DNA from: Candidatus Pampinifervens sinense | GTDB lineage: Bacteria > Aquificota > Aquificia > Aquificales > Aquificaceae | Assembly (NCBI GenBank): GCA_037927135.1 | Contig: JAXSPP010000007.1 | Location: forward strand, 1-64,000 | Length of the DNA: 64,000 bases | Reading direction: 5' to 3' | In this document: positions 29,726-39,648 of the stretch, in pieces | Layout: every line of letters begins with the position of its first letter | Numbering within the stretch: position 1 is the first letter of the stretch | Made by a program: the position numbers and the translations under genes | Notes under the pieces: model-generated | What the model saw: only the letters and a program-made list of their open reading frames with translations | Database searches by the model: none | Told to the model about the DNA's origin: nothing

Positions 29726-31099
29726 ATGCAAAAGCCTTGGGAAGGCCGTTTTAAGGAAAGGACGGAGGAATTCGTAGAAAGGTTTACTCAGTCAGTAAGC
29801 TTTGACAAAGAGCTGGCACCTTGGGACATAAGGCAGAGCATAGCCCATGTGAAAACCTTGCTAAAGGCTGGGCTGTTAAAAGAAGAAGAAGCGCAGAAGC
29901 TAATTGAGGGTCTTGAGGCCATAAAAAAAGAGGTCCTTGAGGGAAGCTTTGAGTTCAAAGAGGAGCTTGAAGATGTGCATATGAATATAGAGGCCGATCT
30001 TATAAACAGGCTTGGGGACCTTGGGGGAAAGCTTCATACTGCAAGGAGCAGAAACGACCAGGTGGCAACGGATGAAAAGCTCTACATAAAGGATAAGCTT
30101 TTGGAGGTCATAAGGGCCTTAAAAGAATTAAGGAAAAGCCTTGTGAGGCTTGCAGAAAACAGCCTGGAATTTGTTATGCCCTCTTACACACACCTTCAGA
30201 GGGCCCAGCCAATAAGGCTCTCTCACTACTTTTTGGCATACAGAGAGATCTTTCTAAGCGATGAGCAGAGGTTTTTGTTGGCCTACAGGTCTTCCGACTG
30301 CCTTCCCCTTGGCTCCGGTGCGGTAGCTGGTCTAGACTTCCCCTTAGACAGATTCTACACGGCAGAGCTTTTAGGCTTTGGTAGAGTATGTAGAAACTCC
30401 ATGCAGGCTACTGCTGATAGGGACTTTATCTTGGATGTGCTATATGCTTGCGCCATGTGCGGTATGCACCTCTCGCGCCTGGCAGAAGACCTTATCCTCT
30501 GGTCCACAGAGGAGTTTGGCTTTGTGGACCTTCCAGACAGGCTATGCACGGGAAGCTCCATAATGCCTCAGAAGAAAAACCCAGACGTGCTTGAGCTCAT
30601 AAGGGGAAAGACAGGAAGGCTCTATGGAAACTTGATGAGCCTTCTTACCACCTTAAAGGGCCTTCCCATGGCCTACAACAGGGACCTACAAGAGGACAAG
30701 GAACCTCTTTTTGATAGTCTTAAAACTATAAGGGATTGCCTTGAGGGCATGAGGCTTGTGCTTGAGGGCATGAGCATAAGACCAGAGAGGCTAAAAGAGG
30801 CAAGCGGTGACTTTACTCTCATGACGGACCTTGCCAACTACCTTGTTATGAAGGGCATTCCCTTCCGTCAAGCCCACAAGATAGCTGGGTCCATAACGGC
30901 CTACCTTTTGGAAAAGGGCAAAAGACCAGAGGAGCTCACCCTTGAGGAACTAAAGCAGTTCTCGAACCTTTATGAGGAGGATGTGCTTGATCTTTTGAGC
31001 GCAGAAAAGGTGGCAGACAGGAGAAAGACCTTTGGAGGAACGGCCAAAGAGGAGCTTTTAAAGAGGATTGAAGTGGCAAAAAGGGAGGAAGGATTATGA
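29726..31099 (+). CDS. argH: Argininosuccinate lyase
   Basis: WEGRF, SRNDQV, GSSIMPQKKNPD, YNRDLQEDKE. Confidence 0.97.
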   Translation: MQKPWEGRFKERTEEFVERFTQSVSFDKELAPWDIRQSIAHVKTLLKAGLLKEEEAQKLIEGLEAIKKEVLEGSFEFKEELEDVHMNIEADLINRLGDLGGKLHTARSRNDQVATDEKLYIKDKLLEVIRALKELRKSLVRLAENSLEFVMPSYTHLQRAQPIRLSHYFLAYREIFLSDEQRFLLAYRSSDCLPLGSGAVAGLDFPLDRFYTAELLGFGRVCRNSMQATADRDFILDVLYACAMCGMHLSRLAEDLILWSTEEFGFVDLPDRLCTGSSIMPQKKNPDVLELIRGKTGRLYGNLMSLLTTLKGLPMAYNRDLQEDKEPLFDSLKTIRDCLEGMRLVLEGMSIRPERLKEASGDFTLMTDLANYLVMKGIPFRQAHKIAGSITAYLLEKGKRPEELTLEELKQFSNLYEEDVLDLLSAEKVADRRKTFGGTAKEELLKRIEVAKREEGL

Positions 31100-31320
31100 A
31101 GATGTTTTTCGGCTTTTTGATTTTGATTGGGGTGGCTGGCCTCTCTGGCATGCTCTTGTTTTTAAACCAAGAAAAGGTAGCCTTTGTTCTTACACCAGCC
31201 TTCAGAGGTGTATACTATATGCTTCCAGAGATGCCTTTGGGCCTTTTGGTGGTTTTGAGCTTCCTCCTTGGTGTATTGGTGGGCTACATAGGCGCTTTGA
31301 TCTCAAGGTTTTTCAGATGA
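31096..31320 (+). CDS. Small 2-TM membrane protein (LapA/DUF1049-like)
   Basis: ATGA overlaps with both neighbours; N-x3-V and 'PLGLLVV.SFLLG' pattern. Confidence 0.65.
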   Translation: MKMFFGFLILIGVAGLSGMLLFLNQEKVAFVLTPAFRGVYYMLPEMPLGLLVVLSFLLGVLVGYIGALISRFFR

Positions 31321-32297
31321 GAGGGCTTATCTTCCCCCTTACTATAATAGGGCTTTTTGTCTTCTTTGCCCTCTTTGCAGAGCTTGTGGCACCCTATCCT
31401 TACGCCTTGCAAAATAGGCAGGCACCCTTTCATCCACCTACAAAAATACACCTCTTTAAAGAAGGGAAGCCCACCTTTCCCTACGTACATCCCTACAAGA
31501 TGGTAGACCCCCTTTTTAAGGTCTATGAAGAAGATAAAAGCGTATCATGCAGGCTTAGGTTTATGCATAAGGGTGAGTATGGATACAAGCTTTTGTCTGT
31601 AGAAGAGCCTTGTAAGCTATACCTTTTGGGAACAGACAAGCTTGGCAGGGACATCCTTAGCAGGATAGTTTATGGCGCAAGGGTCTCTTTGACGGTGGGG
31701 CTTGTGGGAGTTGTCATAACCTTCTTCCTTGGAAGCTTGATAGGTGGCATAGCGGGCTATTTTGGCGGAAGGGTAGATGCTTTAATAATGAGGATAGTGG
31801 AAGTCCTTCTTGCCATACCCACCTTTTACCTTATGCTTTCCTTGAGGTCTGTCTTTCCTCTGACTATGGAGAGCTTTTATGTGTTTATTATGGTTATATT
31901 CATCCTTTCCTTCCTTGGTTGGGCTGGGCTTGCCAGGGTGGTAAGGGGCATGGTGCTTTCCATCAGAGAAAAGGAGTTTGTCCAGTCTGCAAAGACCTAC
32001 GGTGCTGGAACCCTTAGAATTTTGAGGGTTCATATACTACCCAATGCCTACTACTACCTTATAGTGTCTGCCACCCTTTCTTTCCCGGGCTACATACTGG
32101 CCGAGGCCTCTTTGAGCTTTTTGGGCCTTGGCATACAAGAACCTTACCCAAGCTGGGGCAACATGCTTTCTGATGCAAGAAATGTAAACCTAATCTCCGC
32201 CCATCCTTGGATACTTTCTCCCGGTGTAGCTTTATTTTTGGTAGTTCTATCTTTTAATCTTTTGGGAGATAACCTTTTAAAGGGTGAGAAAAGATGA
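31317..32297 (+). CDS. Oligopeptide/dipeptide ABC permease (OppC/DppC type)
   Basis: LGTDKLGRD, EFVQSAK..GA (EAA loop), LSFLGLG..P.PSWG. Confidence 0.9.
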   Translation: MRGLIFPLTIIGLFVFFALFAELVAPYPYALQNRQAPFHPPTKIHLFKEGKPTFPYVHPYKMVDPLFKVYEEDKSVSCRLRFMHKGEYGYKLLSVEEPCKLYLLGTDKLGRDILSRIVYGARVSLTVGLVGVVITFFLGSLIGGIAGYFGGRVDALIMRIVEVLLAIPTFYLMLSLRSVFPLTMESFYVFIMVIFILSFLGWAGLARVVRGMVLSIREKEFVQSAKTYGAGTLRILRVHILPNAYYYLIVSATLSFPGYILAEASLSFLGLGIQEPYPSWGNMLSDARNVNLISAHPWILSPGVALFLVVLSFNLLGDNLLKGEKR

Positions 32298-33040
32298 AGG
32301 ATATATTGGCCCTTGTGGAAGAGAACACGTATATATCTGGAAGGCTCTACCTTTTGAAGGTTTTGGCTCCAGAGATAGCAAAAGATATAAAGGCTGGGCA
32401 TTTTGTAATGGTAAAGGTCTCCAACAGTCTTGACCCTATGGGCAGAAGAGCCTTTGCTGTGGCCGATGTAAGAGGTGATAGTCTTCTCATCTTTTACGAC
32501 CTTGTGGGAAGAGGAACAAAAATACTTTCGGAGTTAAAGAAAGGAGAAAGGCTCTGGATTCTTGGACCTCTTGGAAAAGGGCTTTTCTCATACGAGGGTG
32601 ATAGACATCTTCTCTTAGGTGGTGGCGTGGGCCTTGCGGGCCTCACTTTGCTTGGAAAAGAGCTAAGGAATATGGGCAAAAAGGTCCTCTTTGTTTATGC
32701 GGGAAGGTCAAAGGAACATCTTGGTATGGAAGATTGGCTAAAGGAAGAGGGCTTTGATTATATCCTTTACACAGATGACGGAAGCAAGGGTAAAAAGGGG
32801 CTAATAACGGATGTGCTAAAGGAGTTTGATACATCTTGGATAGTCCATGCCTGTGGTCCAAAGGCTATGCTAAGGGCCCTAAAGAACATGAAGACGGGCC
32901 ACAGGATGTATTTTTCTCTTGAAAGCAGGATGGCCTGCGGTTGGGGTGTTTGTCTGGGCTGTGTGGTCCAAACTAGGGAGGGCTACAAGAGGGTATGCTA
33001 TGAAGGTCCAGTCTTTTCTTCCGAGGAGGTGATCTTCTGA
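32294..33040 (+). CDS. pyrK: Dihydroorotate dehydrogenase electron transfer subunit
   Basis: GPLG, GGGVG, ACGP, MACGWGVCLGC..C.EGPVF. Confidence 0.88.
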   Translation: MKDILALVEENTYISGRLYLLKVLAPEIAKDIKAGHFVMVKVSNSLDPMGRRAFAVADVRGDSLLIFYDLVGRGTKILSELKKGERLWILGPLGKGLFSYEGDRHLLLGGGVGLAGLTLLGKELRNMGKKVLFVYAGRSKEHLGMEDWLKEEGFDYILYTDDGSKGKKGLITDVLKEFDTSWIVHACGPKAMLRALKNMKTGHRMYFSLESRMACGWGVCLGCVVQTREGYKRVCYEGPVFSSEEVIF

Positions 33041-33663
33041 TGTTTACTGGCCTTGTGGAAAAGGTAGGTGTTGTAGAGAGTTTAAGGAGTGGAAGGCTAA
33101 CAGTTAGGGCTGGCTTTGATGAGGTGAAGGTAGGTGATAGCATAGCGGTAAACGGTGTGTGCTTAACAGTTGTAAAGATAGAAAAAGATAGGCTTTCCTT
33201 TGACCTCTCTGAAGAGACGCTAAGCAGGAGCAATTTAAGGCTCTTAAAGCCTGGAGACTTTGTGAATTTGGAAAGAGCTTTAAGAGCTTCCGATAGGTTA
33301 GGTGGCCACATACTTCAGGGCCACGTGGACTTTACAGCACCTATAGTGGAGCTTATAAGGAGGGGAGAGCATTGGTCCCTAAAGGTGAGGATAAAGGAGG
33401 GCTACGAGGTTTATTTTGTAGAAAAGGGTTCTGTTGGTATAGATGGTATTAGTCTAACGATAAACAGAATAGAAAGTGGCATTATCCACATAAATATAAT
33501 CCCTCACACCTATGAAAATACCAATTTAAAAGTGAGAAAGCCTGGAGATATGGTGAACGTAGAAGTGGATATTATAGGGAAGTATGTTGTAAATTATCTG
33601 AGAAGTATTGGCAAGGGTAATTTGCAAAGTTTATTGGAAGGTCTTTATAATATAGACCCATGA
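33040..33663 (+). CDS. ribE: Riboflavin synthase (alpha chain)
   Basis: MFTGLVE, GDSIAVNGVCLT, GGHILQGHVD. Confidence 0.96.
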   Translation: MFTGLVEKVGVVESLRSGRLTVRAGFDEVKVGDSIAVNGVCLTVVKIEKDRLSFDLSEETLSRSNLRLLKPGDFVNLERALRASDRLGGHILQGHVDFTAPIVELIRRGEHWSLKVRIKEGYEVYFVEKGSVGIDGISLTINRIESGIIHINIIPHTYENTNLKVRKPGDMVNVEVDIIGKYVVNYLRSIGKGNLQSLLEGLYNIDP

Positions 33664-34874
33664 ACGTAATTTGTAAGCAAGCTATTTACAATAGAGAGGG
33701 GAAGGTGGCCTTCTATGAGATATTTCTGCAAGATAGAAGAACTGGAAGATATCCTGAAAACTTTGACCCTCTTAAGGCTACAAGCATAGCCATAGATGTA
33801 TTGGTGGAGATAGGCCCGCAGAATGTGGGTGGAGGTAAGCTGGTTTTTGTTAATGTTCCAGCCATATTCCTTGAAGCTTCCATGTTTGACCTTCTTTCTC
33901 CAAAGTATGTAGGCATTGAACTTGTAGAAAACAAAAGGCTGACCAATACGCTGTTAGAGGCCATAGAGGTGCTTGTAAAACGCGGTTTTAAGTTTTGCAT
34001 AGACGATTTTGGCTTTGAAAAGATTGACTATCTGCCGCTTTTAAATAAATGTCATTTTGTAAAGATAAACATAAAGGACAATCCTTATAATCAAGAGGAA
34101 TTAAAAGAGGTTATAAGCATATTAAAAAGCCTTAAAAAAGGTATAATAGCTAAAAACATTGAATCAAAGGAGGATTATGAGAACGCCTATCAGTTAGGCT
34201 TTGAATATTTCCAAGGGAATTATCTTTCAAGGCCTGTTATGGTCAAGGATACACGCACCATATCTTTCTTAAAATCAACCATAATAAAAATATACGATGC
34301 TATAAAAGCAAGAAACATTAAAAAGGTGATTGATATAATAGAAAAGGATGTAGGAGTAACATATAAACTGCTTAAGTTTGTAAATTCTGCATATTTTCCC
34401 AAGATAAGGGAGTTTAGTAATGTGGAGGAGGCTGTAGTTTATTTAGGCCTTGAGAATGTGGCAAAGTTTGTTATAGTTTTGGCTTTGTCCGATATGTTTG
34501 CCGATGAGGAAGAAAAGAAGCTGTGGAAAAGGGCACTATTTAGGGCAAGCCTTGGAGAAAAGATTGCGGAAATATATTCAAAGGAGGTAAAGGATAAGGC
34601 TTATCTTATGGGGCTATTTTCCCTCTCATGGGAGATCTTTGGTCAAAAGCCAGCAGACCTTGCAAGGGCTTTAGCCCTAGATGGAGAGATAGTGGAAGCT
34701 TATGAAAACAGGCTTAGCTTGCTGGGTTTTATACTTTCCCTTATAGAACTTTTGGAGGAGAGTGGAAACGAGGATACGATAGGGAAGGTAGCTAAAGTTT
34801 TGGAAACACAGCAGGATAAGGTAAAAAGAATGATTGAAGAGGCTAGGATGGAAGCGGAAAGGTTTATAGATTAA
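33660..34874 (+). CDS. EAL-HDOD domain protein (YuxH/PdeH-like)
   Basis: QAIY, FVN, IELVE, DDF, FQGNY then KLLKFVNS, A...LG. Confidence 0.85.
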   Translation: MNVICKQAIYNREGKVAFYEIFLQDRRTGRYPENFDPLKATSIAIDVLVEIGPQNVGGGKLVFVNVPAIFLEASMFDLLSPKYVGIELVENKRLTNTLLEAIEVLVKRGFKFCIDDFGFEKIDYLPLLNKCHFVKINIKDNPYNQEELKEVISILKSLKKGIIAKNIESKEDYENAYQLGFEYFQGNYLSRPVMVKDTRTISFLKSTIIKIYDAIKARNIKKVIDIIEKDVGVTYKLLKFVNSAYFPKIREFSNVEEAVVYLGLENVAKFVIVLALSDMFADEEEKKLWKRALFRASLGEKIAEIYSKEVKDKAYLMGLFSLSWEIFGQKPADLARALALDGEIVEAYENRLSLLGFILSLIELLEESGNEDTIGKVAKVLETQQDKVKRMIEEARMEAERFID

Positions 34875-35788
34875 TCTGTTGCATAACTATGAAGTCCTGG
34901 GAAGAAGAGGTTTACCGCAAAGAAGCATATGAGCACGGTTATAAATCCGAAGACCACCATCCAAGCCGTTCTTTTACCTCTCCAGCCAAGCATCTGCCTT
35001 GCATGTAGATAGGCCCCGAAAAACAGCCATACTATAAGGGACCAAACCTCTTTAGGATCCCAGCTCCAATATCCTCCCCACGCTTCATTGGCCCATGCAG
35101 CACCAAAGATTATGGAAGCAGTCCATATGGGAAAGACTATGACTATGGATTTATAGGTTATCTCATCAAGTATCTCCTTAGAAGGCAAAGGAAGTTTAGG
35201 AAACTTATCCTTTAGAAGATAAAGAAGGGCTCCACCAAAACCTACAGTAAAACCAGCATAGCCTGTAAAGGCGGTAACCACATGAAGATAGAGCCAATAG
35301 CTCCTTAGGGCGGGCACTAAAGGTGTTATCTCCTTTGAGGCGTAAAAGATGGCAAAGGCTGAAAGGAACAAGATTATTGGAACAACAAAAGCTCCAAGAA
35401 GTCTTATTCCATACTTTCTTTCAACGATTAGATATATAAAGCCTACTACAAAGCTCCAAAAGGTCAAAGCCTCAAAAAGGTTGCTCCAAGGTGGATGGGG
35501 GACACCGAGCTCATAAGTCTGTATGGTCCTTCTTACCATACCAGCAAGGTTAAGGATAAGGCCAGCATAAAGACTAAAAGAAGCCAAGCTTTGGATGAGT
35601 CTGTCGCGCAAAAGCACTGTGCTAAGGTATATTATTGCAGATAAGGCATAGGCTAACGTGGCAGACTTATACCAGAAGGTATTCTCTACCTTTAGAAGCC
35701 CTAGGCCTGCGCCTGCAAAGAATAAAAAAAGCCAGTAGAAAAGACCGTTTATCTTATAGGAAGCCTTTTCAACAAATACCTCGCGCAT
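34871..35788 (-). CDS. ccsA: System II cytochrome c biogenesis protein (CcsA/ResC)
   Basis: WAneAWGGYWSWDPKE (WWD motif), LRSYWL.LHV, GLHSY. Confidence 0.93.
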   Translation of the reverse strand: MREVFVEKASYKINGLFYWLFLFFAGAGLGLLKVENTFWYKSATLAYALSAIIYLSTVLLRDRLIQSLASFSLYAGLILNLAGMVRRTIQTYELGVPHPPWSNLFEALTFWSFVVGFIYLIVERKYGIRLLGAFVVPIILFLSAFAIFYASKEITPLVPALRSYWLYLHVVTAFTGYAGFTVGFGGALLYLLKDKFPKLPLPSKEILDEITYKSIVIVFPIWTASIIFGAAWANEAWGGYWSWDPKEVWSLIVWLFFGAYLHARQMLGWRGKRTAWMVVFGFITVLICFFAVNLFFPGLHSYATD

Positions 35789-35806
35789 AGTATCTATAAA
35801 TATAGT

Positions 35807-36253
35807 CTACTTTTGTGGTTTTACATCCACTTTTATAAACACGCTCACCTCGGGATGAAGCTTCAACTCTACAGTGTATATGCCTATCTCCTTTATAGGG
35901 TTCCTTAGCATAACCTTCTTCCTATCCACATCAAAGCCCTTTTCTTGCAAAGCCTGCGCTATGTCTTGAGTTGTAACAGATCCAAAGAGCTTTCCCTTTT
36001 CTCCCACCTGCTTGAAGATCTCCAACACCATACCCTCCAATCTTTTTGCAAGCTCCAGCGCCTTTTCCTTTTCTCTTTGTAGTTTTCTAGCCTTTTGAGC
36101 CATTATAGTTCTTACATGTTTTAGGTTGCTTTCAGTAGCGGGCAAGGCATAACCTCTTGGTATAAGATAGTTTCTTGCAAATCCATCCTTTACAGTTATG
36201 ACATCTCCAAAGACACCATAACCCTCTAGATCCTTTATGAGCACCACCTTCAT
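35807..36253 (-). CDS. rplI: 50S ribosomal protein L9
   Basis: VKDGFARNYLIP, GKLFGSVT. Confidence 0.96.
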   Translation of the reverse strand: MKVVLIKDLEGYGVFGDVITVKDGFARNYLIPRGYALPATESNLKHVRTIMAQKARKLQREKEKALELAKRLEGMVLEIFKQVGEKGKLFGSVTTQDIAQALQEKGFDVDRKKVMLRNPIKEIGIYTVELKLHPEVSVFIKVDVKPQK

Positions 36254-36265
36254 GGCCAAACCTCC

Positions 36266-36487
36266 TTAGATTATTAGGTAAGGCAACAAAGCTAGCTGTC
36301 TTGCCCTCTTTATCTCTCTTGAAAGTAATCTCTGGTGCTTTGCACACACGCCAGTCTGCCTTCTCCCTATTATCTTACCCCTTTCTGAAAGGAACTTTCT
36401 TAGCTCTTCGTATTCCTTATAGCTTGGATTCTTTTTAGCCTCACAAAAGGGACACACCTTTTTAGCAGGCTTCTTAATTATCTCCAT
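36266..36487 (-). CDS. rpsR: 30S ribosomal protein S18
   Basis: CPFC, ERGKI..RR.TG.CAKHQR, IKRAR.LALLPY. Confidence 0.96.
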   Translation of the reverse strand: MEIIKKPAKKVCPFCEAKKNPSYKEYEELRKFLSERGKIIGRRQTGVCAKHQRLLSREIKRARQLALLPYLII

Positions 36488-36498
36488 GATACACCTCC

Positions 36499-36927
36499 TT
36501 AAAAGGGTATTTCATCATCCTCCGAAGTAAAAGGCTTTTCTGGAAGCTCCTCTGGAAAGGGCTCCTCTTCCTTTAAAACTACCTCCTCCGTAGGCCCTTC
36601 CATTTTGGGCTTATTGATTATCCTAACACCCTCCGCCACTATGCGCACCTTGCTTTGCAGCTTTCCTTCCTTATCAGTCCACCGGTCCTGCACAAGCCTT
36701 CCTTCTACCACCACCGTATAACCCTTTGATATACGCGTTCCTACGCTTTCTGCAAGCTTTCCATAAGCCTTAACTTCAAAAAAGTGGCTTTCCTCCTTCC
36801 ATACCTCTCCTACCATATACCTTCTGTTGTAGGCAAGAACAAACTCCGCTATCTGCGTTCCGGACGGTAGGTACCTTATGACAGGATCCTTTATAAGCCT
36901 TCCTATTATTATTACCCTATTGAGCAA
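36499..36927 (-). CDS. ssb: Single-stranded DNA-binding protein
   Basis: [12 protein letters not shown]-terminal DDEIPF. Confidence 0.96.
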   Translation of the reverse strand: MLNRVIIIGRLIKDPVIRYLPSGTQIAEFVLAYNRRYMVGEVWKEESHFFEVKAYGKLAESVGTRISKGYTVVVEGRLVQDRWTDKEGKLQSKVRIVAEGVRIINKPKMEGPTEEVVLKEEEPFPEELPEKPFTSEDDEIPF

Positions 36928-37255
36928 CTTGGCTTACCTCAGATTTCTTAAGCTTCATATTTAGCCAGCGTATGACATCGTCGTTGATCTTATAGTAGAA
37001 ATCAAGATCGTTGGGAAGGTCGGTATTTTCCGATCTTATCAAAAGGATAAAGTACCTTCCATAGTGAAAGCGCTGTATCGGATAGGCAAGCTGTTTTGTT
37101 CCCCAATCGGTAATGTTGAGCACCTCTCCACCCTTCTTCTGTATAAAATCTTTAAGCTCCTGAAGCCTTCTTTGGACCTCTTCTTCCGTAAGGGTAGGCT
37201 TAAAGACCACAACGCTCTCATAATAGCGTTCCGTTTCATAATACCTTCTTCCCAT
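36917..37255 (-). CDS. rpsF: 30S ribosomal protein S6
   Basis: YES...KP, WG.KQLAYPI; rpsF-ssb-rpsR-rplI order. Confidence 0.95.
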   Translation of the reverse strand: MGRRYYETERYYESVVVFKPTLTEEEVQRRLQELKDFIQKKGGEVLNITDWGTKQLAYPIQRFHYGRYFILLIRSENTDLPNDLDFYYKINDDVIRWLNMKLKKSEVSQVAQ

Positions 37256-37259
37256 ACTT

Positions 37260-37307
37260 CACCTCCTGGGCTTTAATGGTCCCCGCCCTAAGGGCGGGAA
37301 CGAGGTG
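37260..37307 (-). promoter_or_regulatory. Putative S6:S18 ribosomal leader RNA
   Basis: CACCUC pairs with the SD GAGGUG, enclosing a GC hairpin and an unpaired CCC; TGnTATAAT at 37323-37315. Confidence 0.6.
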
Positions 37308-37326
37308 ATATATCATTATAACATAA

Positions 37327-38994
37327 CTAAGCTTCCAAAACGGCACCCTTAGAAGCAGAGGTTACAAGCTTCATATACCTTCTTAGCCATGGACTTTTTA
37401 CTTCCTTCTGTATGGGCTTGAAGTTCTCCATTCTCCTTTTGAACTCCTCCTCTGGTATGAGAAGCTCTATCCTTCTGTTTGGTATGTCTATGAGTATCTC
37501 ATCTCCATCTTGGACTATACCAATGGGACCTCCGCTGGCCGCTTCTGGAGATACGTGCCCCACACAAGCTCCCCTTGTGCCACCTGAAAACCTTCCATCG
37601 GTTATAAGGGCCACCTTGTCCCCAAGACCCATTCCCATTATGGCAGAGGTGGGAGAGAGCATCTCCCTCATGCCGGGGCCACCCTTTGGCCCCTCATACC
37701 TTATGACCACCACATGGCCTGGCTTTACCTTCCCACCCAGTATACCCTCTATAGCCTCCTCTTCAGAGTTAAAGCATATGGCCTTTCCTTTGAAGACAAG
37801 CATTTTAGGATCTACTCCGGCCGTCTTTACCACTGCACCCTCTGGAGCCAAATTGCCAAAGAGTATGGCTATACCACCTTCCCTTGAGTATGGGTCTTCT
37901 ATCCTTCTTATCACCTCTCCGTCCGCATCCGGTGCCTCTTGAGCTATTTCCCTCAAGGTCTTTAGGCTGACCGTTAGTTTATCCGGATAGGGCAAGTACC
38001 CACCCCTTATGAGCTCTTTAAGAAGGGTGGGAATACCGCCTACTCTGTCTAGGTCTTCTATATGATAGGATGAGGCTGGTGAAATCTTACACAAGGTTGG
38101 TGTCCTTTTTGATATCTCGTTTATCCTTGAAAGGTCATACTCAATGCCCGCTTCCCTTGCTATGGCCAAAAGGTGGAGTATGGTGTTGGAAGAACCTCCC
38201 ATGGCAATATCTACAGCAAAGGCATTATCAAAGGCCTCCACCGTGAGAATGTCCCTTGGTCTTATGTTCCTCCTTAAAAGTTCCATTATCTGCCTTGCTG
38301 CCTTCCTTGCCAAAATCTCCCTTCTTGGGTCCACCGCAGGTATGGTGCCGTTGCCGGGAAGGCCAAGGCCAAGCACTTCCGTAATACAGTTCATAGAGTT
38401 AGCAGTAAACATACCAGAACAGCTACCACAGGTAGGGCAAGCTTGCTCTTCTATAAGCTTTAATTCCCTTTCTGTGATCTTTCCAGCCTTGAGCTGGCCA
38501 ATGCCTTCAAAGACGCTGATTAGGTCCACTTTTTTGCCGTTGATCTCTCCTGCCAGCATGGGCCCACCGCTTATAAAGATGGTGGGTATGTTTAGCCTTG
38601 CGGCGGCCATGAGCATGCCGGGCACTATCTTGTCGCAGTTAGGAATGCATATCAAAGCATCAAGCTGGTGGGCCTCCACAACCGTTTCTATGGAGTCAGC
38701 TATTAATTCCCTTGAGGGTAAAGAGTAGTGCATACCATAGTGGCCCATGGCAATGCCATCGTCCACGCCTATCACATTGAACTCTATAGGCACACCACCA
38801 GCCTTACGAATTTCTTCTTTTATGGGCTGGACAAACTCCCTAAGGTGCACATGTCCAGGAATAATGTCTATGTAGGAGTTGGCTATACCGATAAGAGGCT
38901 TGTCAAAGTCCTCGTCGGAGAGGCCGCAGGCCCTAAGCAGAGCCCTATGGGGAGACCTTTCTATGCCCTTTTTGACCTTATCGCTTCTATACAT
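37327..38994 (-). CDS. ilvD: Dihydroxy-acid dehydratase
   Basis: [40 protein letters not shown] supports start 38994. Confidence 0.97.
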   Translation of the reverse strand: MYRSDKVKKGIERSPHRALLRACGLSDEDFDKPLIGIANSYIDIIPGHVHLREFVQPIKEEIRKAGGVPIEFNVIGVDDGIAMGHYGMHYSLPSRELIADSIETVVEAHQLDALICIPNCDKIVPGMLMAAARLNIPTIFISGGPMLAGEINGKKVDLISVFEGIGQLKAGKITERELKLIEEQACPTCGSCSGMFTANSMNCITEVLGLGLPGNGTIPAVDPRREILARKAARQIMELLRRNIRPRDILTVEAFDNAFAVDIAMGGSSNTILHLLAIAREAGIEYDLSRINEISKRTPTLCKISPASSYHIEDLDRVGGIPTLLKELIRGGYLPYPDKLTVSLKTLREIAQEAPDADGEVIRRIEDPYSREGGIAILFGNLAPEGAVVKTAGVDPKMLVFKGKAICFNSEEEAIEGILGGKVKPGHVVVIRYEGPKGGPGMREMLSPTSAIMGMGLGDKVALITDGRFSGGTRGACVGHVSPEAASGGPIGIVQDGDEILIDIPNRRIELLIPEEEFKRRMENFKPIQKEVKSPWLRRYMKLVTSASKGAVLEA

Positions 38995-38995
38995 T

Positions 38996-39646
38996 TTAAT
39001 CACCTCCTCTGGACTCAAAAACCTTCATCTCAAGCCTTTGTATCCTTATAAGCATATCATCAATTATCTCTTTTTGAGATAAAGCCCTGTTTAGGTCTCC
39101 TCTTATCTTGGAAACCTCTATATAAAGGTAGTCAATCCTTTGGGTGTTCTGGGCAATCTCAGCTTTTAGCTCCGCTCTTGTCTCATCAATCCTTTTATTC
39201 ACATCGTCAATTCTTTTGTTTGTTTCATCAAGCCTTCTGTTAAGCTGGTCAATCCTTTGGGTGTTTTGGGCTATCTCAGATTTTAGTTCTATCCTAGTTT
39301 GATCAATCTCAGCTTTTAGTTCCGCTCTTGTTTTATCAATCTTTTCGTTTGTCTCGTCAATCCTTTTATTTACATCGTCAATCCTTTTGTTTGTATCATC
39401 AATCCTCTTGTTTGTCTCATCTATCCTTTGGTTGATGTATTCAAGCATCCTTTTTATCTCTCTCATCTCCGCCTCAAGGCTTTTCTGCCTTGACTCAAGG
39501 GAAGCCATCCTTTGATTTAAAGATTCCACAACGAGCCTAAAGCCCGCAAGCTCTCCGCTAACGGTGGCTTTGAAATCTCTAAATTCCTCCTTTAGCTCAC
39601 CTACTATAAGGTCCTTTAGTTTTTCTGCAAGCTTGTCTAAGTCCAT
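38996..39646 (-). CDS. Repetitive coiled-coil protein
   Basis: NKRIDET-type 7-aa and [14 protein letters not shown] 11-aa repeats. Confidence 0.8.
   Translation of the reverse strand: MDLDKLAEKLKDLIVGELKEEFRDFKATVSGELAGFRLVVESLNQRMASLESRQKSLEAEMREIKRMLEYINQRIDETNKRIDDTNKRIDDVNKRIDETNEKIDKTRAELKAEIDQTRIELKSEIAQNTQRIDQLNRRLDETNKRIDDVNKRIDETRAELKAEIAQNTQRIDYLYIEVSKIRGDLNRALSQKEIIDDMLIRIQRLEMKVFESRGGD
39130..39435 (-). repeat. Coding 21-nt and 33-nt imperfect tandem repeats
   Basis: Repeated (a)tcaatcctttt units; approximate bounds. Confidence 0.8.
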
Positions 39647-39648
39647 AA

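Noticed and set aside
31068-31316. Long N-terminal extension of the ABC permease in the ORF track
   Set aside because: Region is better explained by the 74-aa membrane gene in another frame, with ATGA couplings on both sides
37280-37300. Intrinsic terminator of ilvD
   Set aside because: GC hairpin lacks a U-tract and lies downstream of the rpsF promoter; a leader element fits better
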